The notes beneath the pieces were generated by a model. It did no database searches, was not told the origin of the DNA, and saw only the letters and a program-made list of their open reading frames with translations. Of a DNA stretch of 64,000 nt, positions 57,373 to 64,000 are shown in pieces. Position numbers and translations under genes: made by a program. Every line of letters begins with the position of its first letter. Within the stretch, counting starts at the first letter, position 1. Origin of the DNA: the human T2T-CHM13v2.0 reference genome, Homo sapiens; the NCBI RefSeq assembly GCF_009914755.1, contig NC_060928.1; one strand, given 5' to 3'.

Positions 57373-59768
57373 AGGCCCGAGTCGCCGCTTTGGTCACAGT
57401 GACCGCCACCGTTGCCCGGGGATGGGTCCCTGAGACTTTGCGAAGTAGGAGCCCTGTGTGATCGTGCGTCAGAGTCGGGGCTGAGACCAGTCCTGGCCAG
57501 GGCAGTTACCAGGACGGTCTCCGGAGGCCGGGATTCGCGGAGGGTCCACCAGCAGGAAGAAACGCCAGAAGGAAGAAACCTCAGACAGATCGCCGGGGAG
57601 GCAGCGCGGGATCCCAGCCTCAGGCGTGCGCGGACGGTGTGCGGGTGAGTCTCCCCAAAAGTGGCGCCCTTGTGATGTGGAGGACAGGTCTGCCAGGGTG
57701 TCCGTGGGCTGCTGTCTCACCGGTGGCTTCGTAGTCGCGGAGAGCAGAACCCGGCAGCTTCAGGGGCAGCCTGGGGGTGGGTGTTACCTGCTGTATGTCT
57801 GTGTGCGTCTTGGTTGTGTGTGTGTGTGTGTGTGTGTGTGTTTGTGTGTGTGCGTGCGCGCGTCTGTGTGCCTTCTATCTCTTACGTCTCTCTCTCTCTC
57901 TCCCCCCCCCTCGCTCTTTCCGCCGCCCTCTCTTTCTATCTCTGTCCGTCTGTGTGTGCTTGTGCCTCGGGACACATGTGCCCCGTGCGCCGGAGGGTGG
58001 GTTTCTTGCAGGTCGGCCTTTCTTCTGGTCAGCCTCTCCCCGCGTCACTGCCTGGGTCGTGTGGCCGGTTGGCAGTCGGTTTCCCGGCAGTTCCGGTTTG
58101 GGGGTCTGTGAAGGCCTCCGCAACGCGGGCATCTGCGTCGGAACCGCAGGGGTTTTCGTCCCCTCCCCATCCGGAGCAGCCTCTTTGCTAGGCTAGACCC
58201 AGACGACCGCTCCCCAAGCAAGGACAACGGCCTCCCAGGCGCTCATTGTCCACCCGCAGGAGGGTGCCCGCAGACCTTCAAGAAGATGGTTCTCACGCCT
58301 CTCCCCCTCTCCCTCATGGAGAAATGGAGCCACAGCTCGACGCAGGGATGGAGAAGGAAGCCGGCAAGGGGATGGGGCAAGCATCTCTGTCACTCAAAGG
58401 CTGGCCTTCCTGGCCGAGTCACCCGTCTGACACTCCTCCCCGGATGCCCGTGGTGGTGGCATGGCCCCGTATCCTGCCTGGGCTCTGGCCTCTGCTCTGT
58501 CCTCCCTCTTGCTGTGTCTGCCCCGTCTCTGAGAAGCCTGGCGGCTTCTTAGTCTGGCTCAACGTCTTCAACAAAGAAGACTTCGCAGTCCATCAGGGAG
58601 AAACCCCGTGGGCGTCCGTGTCATGATCGTTTCCCTCTCCACACCTCTTTCTGGATGGTTGGGCAGGTGTGGTGATCCCGGAGCTCTGGGCTTCCATACC
58701 TGTGTGGGACAGGGAAGCTCTCTTGGTCTCCATGGCCCAAGTGATGGCTGCGCGCTCGGTCCAGGAAGAGGGGGAGGCAAGCCCACCGTTCCCCACATTG
58801 GCCTTCCAGGAAAGGCGGTGTTGCATCCCACCTGCACTTCCTGTCTGATCCTTGAGGGCCAACCGGTTCCTCCGCTCCTGGGGAAAGCGCCTTCTGGCAC
58901 TGAATCTTTTGGCTGCCACGGATGTCAGGGAGCCAACGGGACTGGGTTTTGGCTGGGTGCAGGGGAGGTTGCGTCAGGGGTACCTAAGCGGTAGCGGCGT
59001 GGGGGTGGGGTGTACTTGGTCCAAAGCTCTGGGCTCCTCTGGCGGGCCTCCCTGAATGTGGCCTGGACTCGCGCGCAGGCCCTGTCTCGCAGGTTTGCAG
59101 GTGCGCTTGGCTTTTCCTCCGCTTTGTGGGGCAGGTCTGCAGTGGCCCCCCGGGCGCACGCCTGGACATCACTGTCCGTCTCGTCGTCGTCCCTTACGGC
59201 CTGAAAGACACACGCTCACTGCATGGGCTCTTGGGGGACTTTAGTGCCACGTGTGGTCACACGGGCTCCAGCTCGGACTCGCCTCTGTCTGTCTTTGCCG
59301 GTGTCGCCGGTGTCGCCGGAAGGCGCGTCGGGATGCCGGAGCCCCCGGGCCTTGGACATGAAGGCAGGCCCCTGCTCTATCCAGGAAGGAGGGAGGCAGT
59401 GGGCTCATGGGTCAGTGCCGTTGCAGACGACAGCACGCCTTGCGGCCCTGGGGATCTTTCCGTGCCCCGGCGAGACCCTTTTCGCCTCACTGTATTGTAA
59501 CCCCATTCCCGATCAGCCGGTGGGAGCCATCATCGGATCCCAAGAGGAGTCCGCGCAGCCCAGCCAGCACCCCGAAGGTCCTCCTTCACCGGGAACCAAA
59601 GCAGGAGACTGATCAAGGAGGTCCTGACGACAGGACTCCTATGGGTCCGACCCTGGGTCTCCCGCAGGCCCCTCTGGTAGTCCTCTTCCCACCCGCCGTC
59701 TCGGGCTGCGCCGAAGCCGCCGCCGCCGCAACCTCCAGCACCGCTGCCCCAGTCCCGGCAGCCGCGTC

Positions 59769-59857
59769 ACCGCCATTTTTTAAAGGGTCCGCAGCCTGAC
59801 TCTGCTGAGTAAGGAGGGGTGGGGCGGGTGAGTCGGCCTCGCCAGTGCGCATGCGCG
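59769..59857 (-). promoter_or_regulatory. CpG-island promoter-like module, unit 3
   Basis: CCGCCATTTT ~59770, GC-box, TGCGCATGCGC 59846. Motif match only. Confidence 0.55.
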
Positions 59858-62267
59858 AGGCCCCAGCCGCCGCTTTGGTCACAGTGACCGCCACCGTTGC
59901 CCGGGGATGGGTCCCTGAGACTTGGCGAAGTAGGAGCCCTGTGTGATCGTGCGTCAGAATCGGGGCTAAGACCAGTCCTGGCCAGGGCAGTTACCAGGTT
60001 GGTCTCCGGAGGCCGGGATTCGCGGAGGGTCCACCAGCAGGAAGAAACGCCAGGAGGAAGAAACCTCAGACAGATTGCCGGGGACGCAGCGCGGGATCCC
60101 AGCCTCAGGCGTGCGCGGACGGTGCGCGGGTGAGTCTCCCCAAAAGTGGCGCCCTTGTGATGTGGAGGACAGGTCTACCAGGGTGTCCGTGGGCTGCTGT
60201 CTCACCGGTGGCTTCGTAGTCGCGGAGAGCAGAACCCAGCAGCTTCAGGGGCAGCCTGGGGGTGGGTGTTACATGCTGTATGTCTGTGTGCGTCTTGGTT
60301 GTGTGTGTGTGTGTGTGTGTGTGTGTCTGTGTGTCTGTGTGTGTCTGTGTGCGTGCGTGCGTGAGTCTGTGTGCCCAGTTCTATCTCTTACGTCTCTCTC
60401 TCTCTCTCTCCCCCCCCTCCCTCTTTCCATCGCCCTCTCTTTCTATCTCTGTCCGTCTGTGTGTGCTTGTGCCTCGGGACACATGTGCCCCGTGTGCCGG
60501 AGGGTGGGTTTCTTGCAGGTCGGCCTTTCTTCTGGTCAGCCTCTCCCCGTGTCTCTGCCTGGGTCGTGTGGCCGGTTGGCAGTCGGTTTCCCGGCGGTTC
60601 CGGTTTGGGGGTCTGTGAAGGCCTGCGCAACGCGGGCATCTGCCTCGGAACCGCAGGGGTTTTCGTCCCCTCCCCATCCGGAGCAGCCTCTTTGCTAGGC
60701 TAGATCCAGACGACCGCTCCCCAAGCAAGGACAACGGCCTCCCAGGCGCTCATTGTCCAATCGCAGGAGGGTGCCCGCAGACCTTCAAGAAGATGGTTCT
60801 CACGCCTCTCCCCCTCTCCCTCATGGAGAAATGGAGCCACAGCTCGACGCAGGGACGGAGAAGGAAGCCGGCAAGGGGATGGGGAAGCATCTCTGTCACT
60901 CAAAGGCTGGCCTTCCTGGCCGAGTCACCCGTCTGACACTCCTCCCCGGATGCCCGTGGTGGTGGCATGGCCCCGTATCCTGCCTGGGCTCTGGCCTCTG
61001 CTCTGTCCTCCCTCTTGCTGTGTCTGCCCCGTCTCTGAGAAGCCTGGCGGCTTCTTAGTCTGGCTCAACGTCTTCAACAAAGAAGACTTCCCAGTCCATC
61101 AGGGAGAAACCCCGTGGGCGTCCGTGTCATGATCGTTTCCCTCTCCACACCTCTTTCTGGATGATTGGGCAGGTGTGGTGATCCTGGAGCTCTGGGCTTC
61201 CATACCTGTGTGGGACAGGGAAGCTCTCTTGGTCTCCATGGCCCAAGTGATGGCTGCGCGCTCGGTCCAGGAAGAGGGGGAGGCAAGCCCACCGTTCCCC
61301 ACATTGGCCTTCCAGGAAAGGCGGTGTTGCATCCCACCTGCACTTCCTGTCTGATCCTTGAGGGCCAACCGGTTCCTCCGCTCCTGGGGAAAGCGCCTTC
61401 TGGCACTGAATCTTTTGGCTGCCACGGATGTCAGGGAGCCAACGGGACTGGGTTTTGGCTGGGTGCAGGGGAGGTTGCGTCAGGGGTACCTAAGCGGTAG
61501 CGGCGTGGGGGTGGGGTGTACTTGGTCCAAAGCTCTAGGCTCCTCTGGCGGGCCTCCCTGAATGTGGCCTGGACTCGCGCACAGGCCCTGTCTCGCAGGT
61601 TTGCAGGTGCGCTTGGCTTTTCCTCCGCTTTGTGGGGCAGGTCTCCAGTGGCCCCCGGGCGCACGCCTGGACATCACTGTCCGTCTCGTCGTCGCCCCCT
61701 ACGGCCTCAAAGACACACGCTCACTGCATGTGCTCTTGGGGGACGTCAGTGCCACGTTTGGTCACACGGGCTCCAGCTCGGACTCGCCTCTGTCTGTCTT
61801 TGCCGGTGTCGCCGGAAGCTGCGTTGGGATGCCGGAGCCCCCGGGCGTCGGAGATGAAGGCAGGCCCCTGCTCCACCCAGGAAGGAGGGAGGCAGTGGGC
61901 TCATGGGTCAGTGCCATTGCAGACGACAGCACGCCTTGCGGCCCTGGGGATCTTTCCGTTCCCCGGCGAGACCCTTTCCGCCTCACTGCATTGTAACCCC
62001 ATTCCCGATCAGCCGGGGGGAGCCATCAACGGATCCCAAGAGGTGTCCGCGCAGCCCAGCCAGCACCCCGAAGGTCCTCCTTCACCGGGAACAGAAGCAG
62101 GAGACCGATCAAGGAGGTCCTGACGACAGGACTCCTATGGGTCCGACCCTGGGTCTCCCGCAGGCCCCTCTGGTAGTCCTCTTCCCACCCGCCGCCTCGG
62201 GCTGCGCCGCAGCCGCCGCCGCCGCAACCTCCAGCACCGCCGCCCCAGTCCCCGCAGCCGCCGCGTC

Positions 62268-62356
62268 GCCGCCATTTTTTAAAGGGTCCGCAGCCTGACT
62301 CTGCTGAGTAAGGAGGGGTGGGGCGGGTGAGTCGGCCTCGCCAGTGCGCATGCGCG
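62268..62356 (-). promoter_or_regulatory. CpG-island promoter-like module, unit 4
   Basis: GCCGCCATTTT 62268, GC-box, TGCGCATGCGC 62345. Motif match only. Confidence 0.55.
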
Positions 62357-62801
62357 AGGCCCCAGCCGCCGCTTTGGTCACAGTGACCGCCACCGTTGCC
62401 CGGGGATGGGTCCCTGAGACTTGGCGAAGTAGGAGCCCTGTGTGATCGTGCGTCAGAGTCGGAGCTCAGACCAGTCCTGGCCAGGGCAGTTACCAGGACG
62501 GTCTCCGGAGGCCGGGATTCGCGAAGGGTCAACCAGGAGGAAGAAACGCCAGAAGGAAGAAACCTCAGACAGATCGCCGGGGACGCAGCACGGGATCCCA
62601 GCCTGAGGCCTGCGGGGACGGTGTGCGGGTGAGTCTCCCCAATAGTGGCGCCCTTGTGATGTGGAGGACAGGTCTACCAGGGTGTCCGTGGGCTGCTGTC
62701 TCACCGGTGGCTTCGTAGTCTCGGAGAGCAGAACCTGGCAGCTTCAGGGGCAGCCTGGGGGTGGGTGTTACCTGCTGTATGTCTGTGTGCGTCTTGGTTG
62801 T

Positions 62802-62844
<43 letters not shown>

Positions 62845-64000
62845 TGTGTGCGTGCGTGCGCGCGTCTGTGTGCCCACTTCTATCTCTTACGTCTCTCTCT
62901 CTCTCTCCCCGCCCCCGCTCTTTCCGTCGCCCTCTCTTTCTATCTCTGTCCGTCTGTGTGTGCTTGTGCCTCGGGACACATGTGCCCCGTGCGCCGGAGG
63001 GTGGGTTTCTTGCAGGTCGGCCTTTCTTCTGGTCAGCCTCTCCCCGCGTCACTGCCTGGGTCGTGTGGCCGGATGGCAGTCGGTTTCCCGGCGGTTCCGG
63101 TTTGGGGGTCTGTGAAGGCCTGCGCAACGCGGGCATCTGCGTCGGAACCGCAGGGGTTTTCGTCCCCTCCCCATCCGGAGCAGCCTCTTTGCTAGGCTAG
63201 ATCCAGACGACCGCTCCACAAGCAAGGACAACGGCCTCCCAGGCGCTCATTGTTCAACCGCAGGAGGGTGCCCGCAGACCTTCAAGAAGATGGTTCTCAC
63301 GCCTCTCGCCCTCTCCCTCATGGAGAAATGGAGCCACAGCTCGACGCAGGGACGGAGAAGGAAGCCGGCAAGGGGATGGGGCAAGCATCTCTGTCACTCA
63401 AAAGCTGGCCTTCCTGGCCGAGTCACCCGTCTGACACTCCTCCCCGGATGCCCGTGGTGGTGGCATGGCCCCGTATCCTGCCTGGACTCTGGCCTCTGCT
63501 TTGTCCTCCCTCTTGCTGTGTCTGCCCCGTCTCTGCGAAGCCTGGCGGCTTCTTAGTCTGGCTCAACGTCTTCAACAAAGAAGACTTCCCAGTCCATCAG
63601 GGAGAAACCCCGTGGGCGTCCGTGTCGTGATCGTTTCCCTCTCCACACCTCTTTCTGGATGATTGGGCAGGTGTGGTGATCCTGGAGCTCTGGGCTTCCA
63701 TACCTGTGTGGGACAGGGAAGCTCTCTTGGTCTCCATGGCCCAAGTGATGGCTGCGCGCTCGGTCCAGGAAGAGGGGGAGGCAAGCCCACCGTTCCCCAC
63801 ATTGGCCTTCCAGGAAAGGCGGTGTTGCAGCCCACCTGCACTTCCTGTCTGATCCTTGAGGGCCAACCGGTTTCTCCGCTCCTGGGGAAAGCGCCTTCTG
63901 GCACTGAATCTTTTGGCTGCCACGGATGTCAGGGAGCCAACGGGACTGGGTTTTGGCTGGGTGCAGGGGAGGTTGCGTCAGGGGTACCTAAGCGGTAGCG

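Larger units (their letters stand above)
52773..64000. repeat. SST1 (MER22/NBL2-related) ~2.5-kb macrosatellite tandem array, start of array
   Basis: Head-to-tail units start at 52773, 55286, 57784, 60269 and 62768 (2513, 2498, 2485, 2499 bp). One conserved SstI/SacI GAGCTC per unit (53696, 56203, 58681, 61187, 63685). GC/CpG-rich with (TG)n, (CT)n and (GCC)n tracts. Tandem structure is certain; the family name is from recognition. Confidence 0.88.

Noticed and set aside
52759-63998. Dozens of overlapping 60-224 aa ORFs on both strands of the array, some resembling (from memory) FAM27-type predicted proteins
   Set aside because: Expected in GC-rich DNA with few stops. Many start at non-ATG codons, run through (TG)n/(CT)n tracts and change frame or length between units. 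No recognisable domain.
52773-64000. CRISPR-like or rDNA/snRNA-type gene array interpretation of the tandem repeat
   Set aside because: Units are 2.5 kb with no repeat-spacer structure, and I see no 5S, U2, tRNA or rRNA sequence in them.

Overview
Human (or very close great-ape) genomic DNA with no credible conventional protein-coding exon. Bases 1-52,755 are an AT-rich, gene-desert-like stretch made mostly of transposon relics: Alus, young and old L1s, THE1/MST (MaLR) LTR elements including one complete THE1 provirus with perfect TSDs, nested solo LTRs, Tigger1/Tigger3/MER8/MER58 DNA transposons, and a processed 7SL RNA pseudogene. From about 52,770 to the window end the sequence switches abruptly to a GC/CpG-rich tandem array of ~2.5-kb units (4 full units plus half of a fifth, one conserved SstI/SacI site per unit). 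I recognise this as the SST1 (MER22/NBL2-related) macrosatellite. The 2.5-kb unit and gene-desert flank suggest the 4q28.3 array, but that is inference. The array itself is known. The most interesting observation is that every complete unit carries an identically spaced NRF1 / GC-box / YY1(TISU-like) promoter-type module whose ATG opens a 45-49 aa Arg-rich micro-ORF that the supplied ORF track does not list. There is no evidence here that it is translated. Other points of note are a templated-insertion junction where the array truncates an MSTA LTR, mosaic variant sharing between units, and several small template-switch scars in the flank. Repeat subfamily names come from remembered consensus sequences and need RepeatMasker/Dfam confirmation.
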